In this document: in pieces, positions 22,006-36,168 of the stretch
Numbering within the stretch: the first letter of the stretch is position 1
How the letters are laid out: every line of letters begins with the position of its first letter
From: an uncultured delta proteobacterium
GTDB taxonomy: Bacteria; Myxococcota; Myxococcia; Myxococcales; Anaeromyxobacteraceae
Length of the DNA stretch: 64,000 nt
Reading direction: 5' to 3'
Assembly: GCA_963828255.1 (NCBI GenBank)
Contig: CAWHDZ010000040.1
Coordinates: 238,103 to 302,102, forward strand
Translations under genes and position numbers: made by a program
Notes under the pieces: generated by a model
The model's database searches: none
What the model was told of the DNA's origin: nothing
The model's input: only the letters and a program-made list of their open reading frames with translations

Positions 22006-22308
22006 ATGGCGCGTTCCATCAAGAAGGGCCCCTTCGCCGACAAGCACCTCCTCAAGAAGGTGGAGGACGCGAACAAGGGGAGCAAGAAGTCGGTCATCAA
22101 GACCTGGTCCCGGCGGAGCACCATCATGCCGGACTTCGTGGGCCACACCTTCGCGGTCCACAACGGGCGGAAGTTCGTGCCGGTGTTCGTCCAGGAGAAC
22201 ATGGTCGGGCACAAGCTCGGCGAGTTCTCGCCGACCCGCACCTTCCACGGGCACACCGGCGAGAAGAAGGCGGTCGCGGCGCCTTCCGCGCCGCCTCCGA
22301 AGAGGTAG
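22006..22308 (+). CDS. rpsS: 30S ribosomal protein S19
   Basis: [25 protein letters not shown]. Confidence 0.99.
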   Translation: MARSIKKGPFADKHLLKKVEDANKGSKKSVIKTWSRRSTIMPDFVGHTFAVHNGRKFVPVFVQENMVGHKLGEFSPTRTFHGHTGEKKAVAAPSAPPPKR

Positions 22309-22317
22309 AGGACGGAC

Positions 22318-22767
22318 ATGGCCGACACCCAGAAGAAGACCGCCGCGACCCCGGCCCCTGGCCGCAAGGTCAAGGTCACCCGCAAGGAGCGCCGCGCCCG
22401 CACCGAGGCGGCCCGCCCCAAGCCCGGGCCGCACGCCTCGCTGCGCCAGCTCCGCGTCACCCCCCGCAAGGTCCGGCTGGTCGCCGACCACGTGCGCGGG
22501 ATGCCGGTCGGCGCCGCGCTGGCCATGCTCAAGTTCACGCCGCAGGCGGCCGCGCCGCACCTGGCCAAGCTGCTCCGCTCGGCGGTCGCCAACGCCGAGA
22601 ACAAGGGCGGCCGCGTCGACGTGGACGCGCTGTTCGTGAAGACGCTCACCGTGGACCACGGCCCCAAGACCCGCCGCTTCATGCCGCGCGCCATGGGACG
22701 GGCCACCCGGATCGACAAGAAGACGAGCCACGTCTACGTGGAGCTCGGCATCGCGGGGCGCGCGTAA
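22318..22767 (+). CDS. rplV: 50S ribosomal protein L22 (N-terminal extension)
   Basis: [27 protein letters not shown]. Confidence 0.97.
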   Translation: MADTQKKTAATPAPGRKVKVTRKERRARTEAARPKPGPHASLRQLRVTPRKVRLVADHVRGMPVGAALAMLKFTPQAAAPHLAKLLRSAVANAENKGGRVDVDALFVKTLTVDHGPKTRRFMPRAMGRATRIDKKTSHVYVELGIAGRA

Positions 22768-22787
22768 GCGCGCCGCAAGGAGATCAC

Positions 22788-23456
<669 letters not shown>

Positions 23457-23492
23457 CCTTCCCCGTCGGGAACACTTCGAGGAGAACCAGAA

Positions 23493-23909
23493 ATGCTGCA
23501 GCCGGCGAGGACGAAGTACCGGAAGATGATGAAGGGGCGCATGCGGGGCAAGGCCTACCGCGGCTCCGAGCTCAACCAGGGCTCGTTCGGCCTGTCGGCC
23601 ACCGAGTGCGGCTGGCTGACCAGCCGCCAGATCGAGGCCGCCCGCGTCGCCATCAGCCGCTACGTGAAGCGGGGCGGAAAGCTCTGGATCCGGGTCTTCC
23701 CGGACAAGCCCATCACCAAGAAGCCCGCCGAGACCCGCATGGGCACCGGCAAGGGGCCGGTGGAGTTCTACGTGGCCGTCATCAAGCCCGGGCGCGTGCT
23801 GTTCGAGATCGAGGGCGTCACCGACGACCAGGCCGCCAAGGCCTTCTCGCTGGCCGCCCACAAGCTGCCCGTCTCCACGAAGCTGGTGAAGCGCGGCGTG
23901 ACCCTGTAG
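23493..23909 (+). CDS. rplP: 50S ribosomal protein L16
   Basis: MLQP.RTKYRK, RQIEAAR, RMGTGKG. Confidence 0.99.
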   Translation: MLQPARTKYRKMMKGRMRGKAYRGSELNQGSFGLSATECGWLTSRQIEAARVAISRYVKRGGKLWIRVFPDKPITKKPAETRMGTGKGPVEFYVAVIKPGRVLFEIEGVTDDQAAKAFSLAAHKLPVSTKLVKRGVTL

Positions 23910-23917
23910 GAGGCGAC

Positions 23918-24157
23918 ATGTCGACCAACACCGAACTGCGCCAGCTGTCCACCGAGGAGCTCGAGGCGCGTGTCGTCGAGCTCAAGCAGCAGATGTTCGA
24001 GATGAAGAGCAAGCTCAACACCGGCGTGCTGGACTCGACCGCCGACCTCGCCAAGACCCGGCGCCTGGTGGCGCGCTGCAGGACGCTGGCGCGCGAGAAG
24101 CAGCTGGGCGTCGTCCGCAAGGCGAAGACCGAGAACCGCAAGGGCGAGAAGGAGTAG
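23918..24157 (+). CDS. rpmC: 50S ribosomal protein L29
   Basis: [10 protein letters not shown]...RRLVARCRT; position; GGAGG RBS. Confidence 0.93.
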   Translation: MSTNTELRQLSTEELEARVVELKQQMFEMKSKLNTGVLDSTADLAKTRRLVARCRTLAREKQLGVVRKAKTENRKGEKE

Positions 24158-24159
24158 TC

Positions 24160-24420
24160 ATGGAACGCGGCAAGGCCAAGTCCCGCGTCGGGGTGGTGGT
24201 CTCGAGCAAGATGCAGAAGACCGTCGTGGTGCGGGTGGAACGCCGCATCGCCGACCGGAAGTACGGCAAGATCATCCGCCGCGCCGAGCGCTACAAGGCG
24301 CACGACGAGCGCGAGACCTCCAAGGCCGGCGACAAGGTCCGGATCGTCGAGACGCGCCCCATGTCCAAGGACAAGCGCTGGCGGGTGGCCGAGATCATCG
24401 AGAAGGGCCCGGAGGTCTAG
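24160..24420 (+). CDS. rpsQ: 30S ribosomal protein S17
   Basis: [26 protein letters not shown]. Confidence 0.98.
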   Translation: MERGKAKSRVGVVVSSKMQKTVVVRVERRIADRKYGKIIRRAERYKAHDERETSKAGDKVRIVETRPMSKDKRWRVAEIIEKGPEV

Positions 24421-24422
24421 CC

Positions 24423-24791
24423 ATGATCCAGCAGCAGACGATCCTGGACGTCGCCGACAACTCGGGCGCCAAGAAGGTCCAGTGCATCAAGGTGCTGGGC
24501 GGCTCGCGGCGGAAGTACGCGTCCCTGGGCGACGTCATCGTGGTCTCCGTGAAGGAGGCCATCCCGCAGTCGAAGGTCAAGAAGGGCGAGGTCGCCCGGG
24601 CCGTCATCGTGCGCACGGCGCGCGAGGTGCGGCGCCCCGACGGCAGCTACATCCGCTTCGACGGCAACTCGGCGGTCCTCATCAACAAGGACCTCGAGCC
24701 GGTCGGCACCCGCATCTTCGGGCCGGTGGCCCGCGAGCTGCGCGCCCGCAAGTTCATGAAGATCATCAGCCTGGCGCCGGAGGTTCTGTAG
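24423..24791 (+). CDS. rplN: 50S ribosomal protein L14
   Basis: [27 protein letters not shown]. Confidence 0.99.
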   Translation: MIQQQTILDVADNSGAKKVQCIKVLGGSRRKYASLGDVIVVSVKEAIPQSKVKKGEVARAVIVRTAREVRRPDGSYIRFDGNSAVLINKDLEPVGTRIFGPVARELRARKFMKIISLAPEVL

Positions 24792-24794
24792 GCC

Positions 24795-25112
24795 ATGGAC
24801 GTCCACAAGAACGACACGGTGAAGGTCCTCTCCGGCAAGGAGAAGGGCAAGTCGGGCAAGGTGCTCGAGGTGCTTCACGAGAAGAGCCGGGTCCGCATCG
24901 AGAAGCTCATGACGGTGAAGCGCCACCTCAAGAAGGGGCGCAGCCAGGTCAATCCGGACGGCGGCATCATCGAGAAGGCCGGCACCATCCACCTCTCCAG
25001 CGTCATGGTGGTGTGCCCGAAGTGCGGCAAGCCCACCCGCGTGGCCCACGCCACCCGGGAGGACGGCCGCCGGGTGCGGGCCTGCAAGAAGTGCAAGCAG
25101 CGGTTCGAGTAG
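24795..25112 (+). CDS. rplX: 50S ribosomal protein L24
   Basis: [19 protein letters not shown]-terminal CPKC/CKKC. Confidence 0.97.
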   Translation: MDVHKNDTVKVLSGKEKGKSGKVLEVLHEKSRVRIEKLMTVKRHLKKGRSQVNPDGGIIEKAGTIHLSSVMVVCPKCGKPTRVAHATREDGRRVRACKKCKQRFE

Positions 25113-25168
25113 GGAACGAACGCATCGTCCGGAGGCCTTGGGCCCCGGACGAAGGCAAGGAGCGAACG

Positions 25169-25711
25169 ATGGCAGCGCGTCTGAAGGAACGGTTCGAGAA
25201 GGAGATCCGGCCTGAACTGGTCAAGGAGCTCGGGTTGAAGAACCCGATGCAGGCTCCGCGGCTGGAGAAGGTCGTGGTCAACATGGGGCTCGGCGAGGCC
25301 ATCCAGAACGGAAAGATCCTGGACGCCTCGCTGGAGCAGCTGACCGCCATCACCGGGCAGAAGCCGGTGGTGACCAAGGCCCGCAAGTCCATCGCGAACT
25401 TCAAGCTCCGCCAGGGGCAGAGCATCGGGGCGATGGTCACCCTGCGCGGCAACCGGGCCTACGAGTTCCTGGACCGCCTGCTCAACGTGGCGCTGCCGCG
25501 CGTGCGTGACTTCAAGGGCGTGTCGCCCAAGGCGTTCGACGGGAAGGGCAACTACACCCTCGGGGTGAAGGAGCAGATCATCTTCCCGGAGATCAACTAC
25601 GACAAGGTCGAGAAGATCAAGGGACTCAACATCACCGTGGTCACCACGGCGCGGAACGACGAGGAGGGCAGAGTCCTCCTCCGCCACCTCGGCATGCCCT
25701 TCCGCCAGTAG
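25169..25711 (+). CDS. rplE: 50S ribosomal protein L5
   Basis: [28 protein letters not shown]. Confidence 0.99.
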   Translation: MAARLKERFEKEIRPELVKELGLKNPMQAPRLEKVVVNMGLGEAIQNGKILDASLEQLTAITGQKPVVTKARKSIANFKLRQGQSIGAMVTLRGNRAYEFLDRLLNVALPRVRDFKGVSPKAFDGKGNYTLGVKEQIIFPEINYDKVEKIKGLNITVVTTARNDEEGRVLLRHLGMPFRQ

Positions 25712-25732
25712 CCGGACCAGGAGACGGACACG

Positions 25733-25918
25733 ATGGCAAAGCTTTCGAAGATGGCGCAGGCGGCACGCAAGTTGAAGTTCCCCGTGCGCCAGTACAACCG
25801 CTGCCCGATCTGCGGGCGGCCCCGCGCATTCCTGCGCAAGTTCCAGATGTGCCGCATCTGCTTCCGCAATCGCGCGCTCCGGGGCGAAGTCACCGGCGTC
25901 ATCAAGTCGAGCTGGTAG
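25733..25918 (+). CDS. rpsN: 30S ribosomal protein S14, Zn-binding type Z
   Basis: 61 aa, RCPICGR...CRICFR, KSSW. Confidence 0.98.
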   Translation: MAKLSKMAQAARKLKFPVRQYNRCPICGRPRAFLRKFQMCRICFRNRALRGEVTGVIKSSW

Positions 25919-25930
25919 GGAGACTCATCG

Positions 25931-26332
25931 ATGAGCTTCACGGATCCCATTGGCGACATGCTCACCCGCGTGCGGAATGCATCCTCCGCGCGCCACGAGA
26001 AGGTGCTGGTCCCGGCCTCCAACCTCAAGGCGCGCATCGCCGAGGTGTTGAAGTCCGAGGGCTTCATCCTGGACTTCGTCCTGCACAAGGACGACGGGCA
26101 CCAGGGGGCCATCACCATCCTCCTCAAGTACGGGCAGGACAGGGAGCCCGCCATCAGCGACATCAAGCGGGTCTCCAAGCCCGGCCTGAGGCGCTACGTG
26201 GACACCGCCCAGATTCCCCGCGTCTTGAACGGCATGGGCATCGCCATCCTCTCGACCTCGAAGGGCGTCATGGTCGATCGGGAGGCCCGCAAGCAGAAGG
26301 TGGGCGGCGAGCTCATCTGCACCGTCTGGTAG
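25931..26332 (+). CDS. rpsH: 30S ribosomal protein S8
   Basis: [25 protein letters not shown]. Confidence 0.99.
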   Translation: MSFTDPIGDMLTRVRNASSARHEKVLVPASNLKARIAEVLKSEGFILDFVLHKDDGHQGAITILLKYGQDREPAISDIKRVSKPGLRRYVDTAQIPRVLNGMGIAILSTSKGVMVDREARKQKVGGELICTVW

Positions 26333-26340
26333 GAGCATCC

Positions 26341-26883
26341 ATGTCCCGCATCGGAAAGCTTCCGGTCAAGATCCCGGAGAAGGTCAAGGTCATCGTGGAC
26401 GGAACCACGGTGAAGGTCGAGGGGCCGAAGGGCAAGACCTCGTTCAAGGCCAACGCCCTGATGAAGTTCCAGGTGGACAAGGGCGAGGTGCTGGTCCTCC
26501 GCCCCGACGAGTCCACGCTGGCCCGCTCGCTCCACGGGCTGACGCGCACGCTCGTGCGCAACGCCATCGACGGGGTCACCAAGGGCTACGAGAAGACCCT
26601 CGAGATCGTCGGGGTCGGCTTCAAGGCCGAGGGGAAGGGCAAGGAGGTCAACTTCATCCTTGGCTTCTCCCACCCGGTGGTCTTCAAGCTCCCCGAGGGG
26701 ATCACCGCCGAGGTCGATCCGAAGCAGACCAAGGTCACGGTCCGCGGCGCCGACAAGCACCTGGTGGGAATGACCGCCGCCCGCATCCGCGAGCTCCGGC
26801 CGCCCGAGCCGTACAAGGGCAAGGGCATCAAGTACAGCACCGAGATCATCCGCCGCAAGGAAGGCAAGACCGGCGCGGCCTAG
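26341..26883 (+). CDS. rplF: 50S ribosomal protein L6
   Basis: [24 protein letters not shown]. Confidence 0.99.
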   Translation: MSRIGKLPVKIPEKVKVIVDGTTVKVEGPKGKTSFKANALMKFQVDKGEVLVLRPDESTLARSLHGLTRTLVRNAIDGVTKGYEKTLEIVGVGFKAEGKGKEVNFILGFSHPVVFKLPEGITAEVDPKQTKVTVRGADKHLVGMTAARIRELRPPEPYKGKGIKYSTEIIRRKEGKTGAA

Positions 26884-26937
26884 CGGCCGCCCGCTCATGT
26901 GCCGGCTGGGTCTGCGCCGGCGCAAGGAGGAGCAAAC

Positions 26938-27297
26938 ATGGCAGAGAAGGTCACCCCGCGCGAGAAGCGCAAGGCGCGAATCCGCAAGAAGCTGTCGGGC
27001 ACCGCGGAGCGTCCGCGCCTCACCGTCTACCGGAGCCTGAACCACATCTACGCCCAGCTGGTGGACGACGTGGCCGGCACCACCATCGCGTTCGCCGGGA
27101 CGACGTCCAAGGCGCTGCGCGAGGCGGTGAAGGAAGACGACAAGACCGCCGCGGCCAAGAAGGTCGGGACGGCGGTCGCCAGGATGGCGCTCGACAAGGG
27201 CGTCACCCATGTCGTCTTCGATCGAAATGGTTTCGACTACCACGGCCGTGTCGCCGCGGTGGCGGAGGCCGCCCGCGAGGCCGGCCTCAAGTTCTAG
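26938..27297 (+). CDS. rplR: 50S ribosomal protein L18
   Basis: [29 protein letters not shown]. Confidence 0.98.
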   Translation: MAEKVTPREKRKARIRKKLSGTAERPRLTVYRSLNHIYAQLVDDVAGTTIAFAGTTSKALREAVKEDDKTAAAKKVGTAVARMALDKGVTHVVFDRNGFDYHGRVAAVAEAAREAGLKF

Positions 27298-27319
27298 ACA
27301 CTTTAGGATTGAGGGACGA

Positions 27320-27823
27320 ATGGCTGCTCCCATCAACGTGAACGATCTCGATCTGACGGACCGCGTGGTCCACATCAACCGCGTCGCCAAGGTGGTCAAG
27401 GGCGGACGGCGCTTCAGCTTCTCCGCCCTCATCGTGGTAGGCGACGGCCAGGGGCACGTCGGCGTCGGCCTGGGGAAGGCCAACGAGGTGCCGGAGGCCA
27501 TCCGCAAGGGCGGCGAGCAGGCCAAGAAGAACGTGTTCAAGGTGCCCATGTCCGGGACCACCATCCCGCACGAGGTGATCGGCCACTTCGGCGCCGGGAA
27601 GGTGCTCCTCAAGCCGGCCAGCGAGGGCACCGGCGTGATCGCCGGCGGCGCAGTCCGCGCCGTCCTCGAGGCCGCCGGGGTGCGCAACGTGCTCACCAAG
27701 AGCCAGGGGTCGCGCAATCCGCACAACGTGCTCAAGGCCACGGTCGAGGGGCTCAAGCGGCTGCGCAATGCAGACCGCGTCGCCCAGATGCGCGGCAAGA
27801 CCATTGCCGAAATGACGGAATAG
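27320..27823 (+). CDS. rpsE: 30S ribosomal protein S5
   Basis: [23 protein letters not shown]. Confidence 0.99.
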   Translation: MAAPINVNDLDLTDRVVHINRVAKVVKGGRRFSFSALIVVGDGQGHVGVGLGKANEVPEAIRKGGEQAKKNVFKVPMSGTTIPHEVIGHFGAGKVLLKPASEGTGVIAGGAVRAVLEAAGVRNVLTKSQGSRNPHNVLKATVEGLKRLRNADRVAQMRGKTIAEMTE

Positions 27824-27838
27824 GGCAGGGGACCCAAG

Positions 27839-28066
27839 ATGGCAGCCATCAAGGTGACGTTGAAGCACGGACTCTCCGGGATCCCGGCGGACCAGCGGGC
27901 GACGGTGACGGGAATGGGTCTGAAGAAGACCAATTCGTCGAAGATCCTCCCCGACAACCCGGCAACCATGGGGATGATCCGCAAGGTGGGTTATCTCCTC
28001 GTCTGGGAGCGCGTGGACGCCCCGGCGCCGGTGGGCCGCCTGGCCAGGAAGTCGAAGGGCGCGTGA
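27839..28066 (+). CDS. rpmD: 50S ribosomal protein L30
   Basis: IKVTL, GLKK, GMIRKV; position between rpsE and rplO. Confidence 0.93.
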   Translation: MAAIKVTLKHGLSGIPADQRATVTGMGLKKTNSSKILPDNPATMGMIRKVGYLLVWERVDAPAPVGRLARKSKGA

Positions 28067-28112
28067 GGGCGCCCGGCGCCCCCCGCTCCAACGCGTGTAG
28101 AAAGGGAAGCTC

Positions 28113-28633
28113 ATGTCTTCGCTGAACCAGCTGAAGGCGCCTCGCGGCGCCACCAAGGTCCGCAAGCGCGTCGGTCGCGGCCAGGGCTCCGGCCTTGGCA
28201 AGACCGCCGGCCGCGGCGGCAAGGGCCAGAAGGCCCGCTCCGGCAACATGCACTTCGAGGGCTTCGAGGGCGGTCAGATGCCGCTCCAGCGCCGCCTTCC
28301 GAAGTTCGGGTTCATCAACCACTTCCGGCTCGAGTTCGAGGAGGTCCAGGTGACCGACCTCGGCCTGCTCCCGGCCGGCAGCGTGGTGGACCTCCAGGCC
28401 CTGAAGGGGGCCGGGCTGGCCCGCGGCAAGGGCGACGGCGTGGTGGTGCTCGGCAAGGGCGAGCTCACCGGGGCCTACACCGTCCGCGTCGAGCGGGTCA
28501 CCGCCGGGGCGCGCGAGGCCATCGAGAAGGCCGGCGGCAAGGTGGACACCCTGCCGGCGCGCCAGACCATGGGCGAGAGGCAGAAGGCCGAGAAGAAGGC
28601 CAAGGGCAAGGCAAGGCCAAGGGCAAGGCGTAG
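28113..28633 (+). CDS. rplO: 50S ribosomal protein L15 (apparent 1-nt deletion near 28612 shifts the TAG out of frame)
   Basis: [45 protein letters not shown] at 28631-28633. Confidence 0.95.
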
Positions 28634-28652
28634 GCGGCGCGGGGGGTACGGG

Positions 28653-29978
<1,326 letters not shown>

Positions 29979-30016
29979 ACGCCTAGACGCGCCGGGCGGC
30001 GCGCCGGGAGAGGCGC

Positions 30017-30667
30017 ATGATCCTCATCCTCTTGGGACCACCGGGCGCCGGCAAGGGCACGCAGGCCAAGCTCCTGGCCCGGGAGCTGCAGATCCCGCAC
30101 ATCTCCACCGGCGACATGTTCCGCGACCACAAGGCGCGGGGCACGGAGCTCGGAAAGACCGTGGACGCCATCATGTCCTCGGGCGGGCTCGTCCCGGACG
30201 ACGTCACCAACGCCATGGTGAAGGACCGGCTCTCGCGCCCCGACGTGGCGCGCGGCTTCATCCTCGACGGCTACCCCCGGACCACGGCGCAGGCCGAGTA
30301 CCTCGACCAGGTCCTGGTGTCGATCGGGCGCAAGCTCGACCGCGCGGTCTCCTACGAGATCGCCCAGGAACTCCTGGTGGACCGCATGAGCGGCCGGCGC
30401 AGCTGCCCGACCTGCGGTGCCGTCTACCACGTGACCGCGAACCCGCCCCGGACGGCCGGAGTCTGCGACCGGGAGGGCGCGGCGCTGGTGCAGCGCGACG
30501 ACGACAAGGCCGAGACGGTGGCCCGGCGGCTGCGGGAGTACGAGTCCAAGACCGAGCCGCTCAAGCGCTACTACCACGAGCGGGGAAGCCTGTCGGAGGT
30601 GGCCGGGACCGGCTCCCCCGACGAGGTGCTCGCCTCGGCCCTGCGCGTCCTTGGCCGGACCGCGTAG
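30017..30667 (+). CDS. adk: Adenylate kinase
   Basis: GPPGAGKGTQ, STGDMFR, LDGYPRT, CPTC lid. Confidence 0.98.
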   Translation: MILILLGPPGAGKGTQAKLLARELQIPHISTGDMFRDHKARGTELGKTVDAIMSSGGLVPDDVTNAMVKDRLSRPDVARGFILDGYPRTTAQAEYLDQVLVSIGRKLDRAVSYEIAQELLVDRMSGRRSCPTCGAVYHVTANPPRTAGVCDREGAALVQRDDDKAETVARRLREYESKTEPLKRYYHERGSLSEVAGTGSPDEVLASALRVLGRTA

Positions 30668-30671
30668 CACC

Positions 30672-31424
30672 GTGCAGCTCAAGACCGAAGACGATCTCTC
30701 CCGGATGCGCGACGCGGGAAGGGTGGTCCGCGCGGTGCTCGACGCCCTCGTGGCCGCCGCAGTTCCTGGCGTGACCACCTTCGACCTGGACCGGCTCGCC
30801 GAGTCCCGTACCCGGGAGATGGGCGCGGTCCCGGCCTTCAAGGGGTACCTGGGCTACCCGGCCAGCGTCTGCATCTCCGTGAACGAGGAGGTGGTCCACG
30901 GGATCCCCTCCGAGAAGCGGGTCCTTCGCGACGGAGACGTGGTCGGGCTCGATTTCGGTGCCATCCTGGGCGGATTCCACGGTGACGCGGCCGAGACCGT
31001 CCTGGTGGGACAGGCGAGCCCGGATGCCGAGCGCCTGGTGGCCGCCACCCGGGAGGCCCTCGCCGCGGGGATTGCCGCGGCCCGTCCCGGGGGGAGGGTC
31101 GGCGACATCGGCTCGGCCGTTCAGCGCAGCGCCGAGGCGGCCGGTTACTCGGTGGTGCGGGAATTCGTCGGCCACGGCATCGGGCGGAAGCTCCACGAGG
31201 CGCCCCAGGTCCCCAACTTCGGCGAGCCCGGAACCGGAGCCTGGCTGCGCCCCGGGCTGGTCCTGGCCATCGAACCGATGGTCAACGCGGGTCTCCCCGG
31301 GATCCGGACCCTCGAGGACGGATGGACGGCCGTCACCGAGGACGGCAGCCTTTCCGCACACTTCGAGCACACCGTGGCCATCACCGAGGCGGGCCCGGAG
31401 ATACTCACCCGGGGAGGGACATGA
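30672..31424 (+). CDS. map: Methionine aminopeptidase type I
   Basis: SVNEEVVHGIP, GHGIG..LHE.P, AIEPM, SAHFEHT; start approximate. Confidence 0.97.
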   Translation: MQLKTEDDLSRMRDAGRVVRAVLDALVAAAVPGVTTFDLDRLAESRTREMGAVPAFKGYLGYPASVCISVNEEVVHGIPSEKRVLRDGDVVGLDFGAILGGFHGDAAETVLVGQASPDAERLVAATREALAAGIAAARPGGRVGDIGSAVQRSAEAAGYSVVREFVGHGIGRKLHEAPQVPNFGEPGTGAWLRPGLVLAIEPMVNAGLPGIRTLEDGWTAVTEDGSLSAHFEHTVAITEAGPEILTRGGT

Positions 31425-31453
31425 CGCGCCAGGCCCTTTCGGAGATGTGGCGC

Positions 31454-31482
31454 TTGCAAGCCGAAAATTCGCGTGTTATAGG
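31454..31482 (+). promoter_or_regulatory. Sigma70-type promoter upstream of rpmJ/alpha operon
   Basis: TTGCAA-17 nt-TATAGG with TG extension. Confidence 0.55.
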
Positions 31483-31634
31483 GCGCCCTCCGCATCGGAC
31501 CGATGTGTCGGGTCCGGGTGCGTCAGGAGCATGGCAAATCGAGGGGGCAGGGGATCGCCCCCGATGGTCCCGCCGGCTGGCATGGCGGGGCTTTTCGTCT
31601 CGTACCAGAACTTTTTCGGTCGGGTGACAAGGTC

Positions 31635-31751
31635 ATGAAGGTCCGCGCGTCGGTCAAGAAGATCTGCGACAAGTGCAAGGTCGTGAAGCGCAAGGGCGTC
31701 GTGCGGATCATCTGCGCCGCCAACCCCCGCCACAAGCAGCGCCAGGGCTAG
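31635..31751 (+). CDS. rpmJ: 50S ribosomal protein L36
   Basis: [14 protein letters not shown]...HKQRQG. Confidence 0.99.
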   Translation: MKVRASVKKICDKCKVVKRKGVVRIICAANPRHKQRQG

Positions 31752-31786
31752 CCCAGGGCTAGACCCGGAGAACCGGAGACAGAGGA

Positions 31787-32173
31787 ATGGCTCGCATCGC
31801 CGGCGTCGATCTTCCCGCAGAAAAGCGCGTCGAGATCTCGCTCCAGTACATCTACGGGGTCGGCAAGGCCACCGCGAAGAAGATCCTCGCCAAGGCGGGC
31901 ATCGATCCCGTCATGCGGACGAAGGACCTGAACGACGACCAGGTTCGCCACATCCGCGAGGCCATCGAGGCCGTCACCCAGGTCGAAGGTGACCTGCGCC
32001 GTGAGACCTCCATGAACATCAAGCGCCTCATGGACCTGGGCTGCTACCGCGGCCTTCGCCACCGCAAGGGGCTTCCGGTCCGGGGCCAGCGCACCCACAC
32101 CAACGCCCGCACCCGCAAGGGTCCGAAGCGCGGCCTCGTGCGCAAGGCGGCCGCCGCACCGGCCCCTCGCTAG
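31787..32173 (+). CDS. rpsM: 30S ribosomal protein S13
   Basis: [23 protein letters not shown]. Confidence 0.99.
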   Translation: MARIAGVDLPAEKRVEISLQYIYGVGKATAKKILAKAGIDPVMRTKDLNDDQVRHIREAIEAVTQVEGDLRRETSMNIKRLMDLGCYRGLRHRKGLPVRGQRTHTNARTRKGPKRGLVRKAAAAPAPR

Positions 32174-32211
32174 TGCACTAAGCGTGAAATCGAAGAGAAT
32201 GGAGAGGCAGC

Positions 32212-32727
32212 GTGGCTGACGAGAAGCAGGCCGAGAAGGCCGAGAAGCCGGTGAAGAAGGCCGAGGCGGCCCCCGCCAAGGCCGAGGAGACGGTTCCCTC
32301 CGTCCCCAATCTCACCGGGATCGAGGTTGTGACCGCGTCCCCCGTGACCCCGAAGAAGGGGAAGAAGCGGGTCAAGAAGAACGTGGCCAACGGGATCGTC
32401 CACATCAACTCCACCTTCAACAACACGATGATCACCATCACCGACCCGACCGGGAACGTGCTGTCGTGGTCCTCGGCGGGAGCCCGCGGCTTCAAGGGCT
32501 CGCGCAAGTCCACGCCGTTCGCCGCCCAGGTGGCGGCGGGCGACGCCGCTGCCAAGGCCATGGAGCACGGCCTCAAGGCGGTGGTGGTCATGGTGAAGGG
32601 CCCGGGCGCGGGCCGCGAGTCGGCGCTTCGGGCCATCGCCTCGGCGGGCCTGAAGATCTCGCTCATCAAGGACGTCACGCCCATCCCGCACAACGGCACC
32701 CGGCCCCCCAAGCGCCGGCGCGTCTGA
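32212..32727 (+). CDS. rpsK: 30S ribosomal protein S11 (long N-terminal extension)
   Basis: [29 protein letters not shown]. Confidence 0.97.
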   Translation: MADEKQAEKAEKPVKKAEAAPAKAEETVPSVPNLTGIEVVTASPVTPKKGKKRVKKNVANGIVHINSTFNNTMITITDPTGNVLSWSSAGARGFKGSRKSTPFAAQVAAGDAAAKAMEHGLKAVVVMVKGPGAGRESALRAIASAGLKISLIKDVTPIPHNGTRPPKRRRV

Positions 32728-32748
32728 GACGGACAGGAGACGAACACA

Positions 32749-33375
32749 GTGGCTCGTTACACCGAAAGCGTCTGCCGGCTCTGCCGCCGCGAGAACCTCA
32801 AGATGTACCTGAAGGGCGACCGCTGCTACACGGACAAGTGCGCCATCGAGCGCCGTCCGTACCCGCCCGGACAGCACGGCCAGGGGAGAATCAAGTTCAG
32901 CGAGTACGGGGTCCAGCTGCGCGAGAAGCAGAAGGTCAAGCGCATGTACGGCCTCCTCGAGTCGGGCTTCCGTCACGCCTTCGCCGGCGCCGCGGCCGCC
33001 AAGGGGCGCACGGGTGAGAACCTGCTGCGCGGGCTCGAGCTCCGGCTCGACAACGCCGTGTTCCGGCTCGGCTTCGCCGACAGCCGCAACGAGGCGCGCC
33101 AGCTGGTGCAGCACGGGCACTTCCGCGTCAACGGCCGCAAGGTCACCATCCCCTCCTACGAGCTGCGCGCCGGAGACGTCGTCGACGTCCGCGACCGCAG
33201 CAAGAAGGTGGCTCGCATCATCGAGGCCATCGAGGCGGTGGACCGGCGCGGAGTTCCCGCCTGGCTGGAGCTGGACAAGGCGGGGTTCAAGGGCACGGTG
33301 AGGACCGCTCCGTCCCGCGAGGACATCACCATGCCCATCCAGGAACAGCTGATCGTCGAGCTCTACTCGAAGTGA
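32749..33375 (+). CDS. rpsD: 30S ribosomal protein S4 (Cys-containing type)
   Basis: CRLCRRE, PPGQHG, LREKQK, RLDN, ELYSK. Confidence 0.99.
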   Translation: MARYTESVCRLCRRENLKMYLKGDRCYTDKCAIERRPYPPGQHGQGRIKFSEYGVQLREKQKVKRMYGLLESGFRHAFAGAAAAKGRTGENLLRGLELRLDNAVFRLGFADSRNEARQLVQHGHFRVNGRKVTIPSYELRAGDVVDVRDRSKKVARIIEAIEAVDRRGVPAWLELDKAGFKGTVRTAPSREDITMPIQEQLIVELYSK

Positions 33376-33508
33376 TTCGCCGGGCGCGGCCTGCCGGCCG
33401 CGTTCGACGGAATCTGTCCTCAACACGAAGCGTCGCGCGCCCCACGGCGCCCTGACCCCGCCGGGCTGCGGAGGGAAGGGAGGGGGCGGCGGCCAAAGGA
33501 GAAAGCCC

Positions 33509-34525
<1,017 letters not shown>

Positions 34526-34558
34526 GCGTCCAACGAACTCTCCGAGGGAGATGCCGAG

Positions 34559-35110
34559 ATGAAGCACCGCGTAGCCGGCCGCCGGCTCGACCGAACCACC
34601 GAGCACCGGATTGCGATGTTCCGCAACCAGGTGACCTCGCTCCTGCGCCACGAGCGCATCGTGACGACCACGCCCAAGGCGAAGGAGCTGAAGCGCATCG
34701 CCGACAAGATCATCACGCTGGGCAAGAAGGGCACCAGCCACGCCCGGCGCATCGCCTTCCGCGACATCCGTGACGGCGAGGTGATCGAGAAGCTCTTCGG
34801 GCCGATCGCCGAGCGATACGCCAAGCGCGCCGGCGGCTACAGCCGCATCATCCACAAGGGCAAGCGCCACGGCGACAACGCCGACATGTCGATCATCGAG
34901 CTCGTCGACCGCGTGATCGCGGTCGATGAGAAGGGCGATGTTGCCGACGAGAAGGGCGCGAAGCCTGCCAAGGCCGCGAAGCCCGCGAAGGCCGAAAAGG
35001 CCGCGAAGCCCGCAAAGGCCCCCAAGGCCGAGAAGGCCCCGAAGACCGAGAAGGCCCCAAAGGCCGCGAAGAAGTCCGACAAGAAGGCCACGAAGGCCAA
35101 GGGCGAGTAG
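34559..35110 (+). CDS. rplQ: 50S ribosomal protein L17 with Ala/Lys/Pro-rich C-terminal tail
   Basis: MKHR, TT.PKAKE, R.GGYSRI, GDNA; tail of AKP/AEK repeats. Confidence 0.98.
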   Translation: MKHRVAGRRLDRTTEHRIAMFRNQVTSLLRHERIVTTTPKAKELKRIADKIITLGKKGTSHARRIAFRDIRDGEVIEKLFGPIAERYAKRAGGYSRIIHKGKRHGDNADMSIIELVDRVIAVDEKGDVADEKGAKPAKAAKPAKAEKAAKPAKAPKAEKAPKTEKAPKAAKKSDKKATKAKGE

Positions 35111-35131
35111 CCCGGAAGAGAGGAGGTTCCG

Positions 35132-35389
35132 ATGGCGGTTGTCCTTCGCCTTTCCAGGGCGGGAACGCACAAGGCGCCGTTCTACCACGTGGTGGCCACC
35201 GACTCGCGCAAGCCGCGCGACGGCCGTTACCTGGAGGACGTCGGCCAGTACGATCCGACCACCACGCCGATCCGCCTGCAGCTGAAGGTGGACCGCGTCG
35301 ATTTCTGGCTCAAGGCCGGGGCCAAGCCGAGCCCGACCGTGGCCAGGCTCATCAAGCTGGCGAAGGCCGCGGCTCCGGCCAAGGCCTAG
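35132..35389 (+). CDS. rpsP: 30S ribosomal protein S16
   Basis: LRLSRAG, DSR.PRDG, GAKPS.TV. Confidence 0.98.
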   Translation: MAVVLRLSRAGTHKAPFYHVVATDSRKPRDGRYLEDVGQYDPTTTPIRLQLKVDRVDFWLKAGAKPSPTVARLIKLAKAAAPAKA

Positions 35390-35404
35390 GCTCCCGCACG
35401 CTCC

Positions 35405-35635
35405 ATGCGCGACCTCCTTCTCTGGCTGGCGAGGGAACTGGTCGAGCAGCCGGATGCGGTCCGGGTCGACGCCGTCGAGCGGGAGCGGGCGGTCGTCCTC
35501 GAGCTGGAGGTCGATCCCGCCGACCTGGGCCGGGTCATCGGCCGGGGAGGAAAGACCGCCAGGTCCATCCGCACGGTGATCGACGCGGCCTCGCGGCGCG
35601 AGGGGCGCCGGGCCGTGGTCGACATCCTCGACTGA
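35405..35635 (+). CDS. khpA: KH-domain RNA-binding protein
   Basis: [17 protein letters not shown]; between rpsP and rimM. Confidence 0.92.
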   Translation: MRDLLLWLARELVEQPDAVRVDAVERERAVVLELEVDPADLGRVIGRGGKTARSIRTVIDAASRREGRRAVVDILD

Positions 35636-36168
35636 TGGCCTGGGTACGGCTCGGAACGGTGGTCCGGGCCGTCGGCCTCGACGGCCGGGTGGGAGTCGCC
35701 GGAACGGAGGGCGCGCTGGCGCGGATGAGCAGCGTTGCGCTCCGGAGGAGCGGCGAGGTGGAGAGGGAGCGAAGGGTTCTCTCGGCAGGTCCGCAGGGGA
35801 GGATCTGGTGGCTTCGCCTCGAGGGCGTGGAGGGCCGGACGGCCGCCGAGGCCCTGCGGGGTACGGAGGTCTGGGGAAGGCGCGAGGAGATGGGCGACCC
35901 CGGCGAGGGGCGCCACTTCTGGGCCGACCTGGAGGGATTGCCGGTGGTCGCGGCCACCGGGGAGGAGCTGGGAAGGGTCGAGGAGCTTTTCGTGACCGGG
36001 GGCGTGGACGTGCTGGTGGTCCGCGGTCCCGGGGGAGAGCGGCTGGTGCCGCTGGCCCCGTGGGTCACGGTGGACAGGGAGCAGGGCCGGGTGGTGGTGG
36101 ACGCGCCCCCCGGGCTGCTCGACGAGGACGACGAGGAGGCGCGCAGCACGAAAGGGAACCGGACGTGA
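35635..36168 (+). CDS. rimM: Ribosome maturation factor RimM
   Basis: [27 protein letters not shown]; synteny. Confidence 0.92.
   Translation: MAWVRLGTVVRAVGLDGRVGVAGTEGALARMSSVALRRSGEVERERRVLSAGPQGRIWWLRLEGVEGRTAAEALRGTEVWGRREEMGDPGEGRHFWADLEGLPVVAATGEELGRVEELFVTGGVDVLVVRGPGGERLVPLAPWVTVDREQGRVVVDAPPGLLDEDDEEARSTKGNRT

Noticed and set aside
34955..35105. Short repeats in rplQ (and at 2978-3062) as CRISPR or mobile repeats
   Set aside because: They are coding low-complexity repeats with no unique spacers and no cas or transposase genes nearby.
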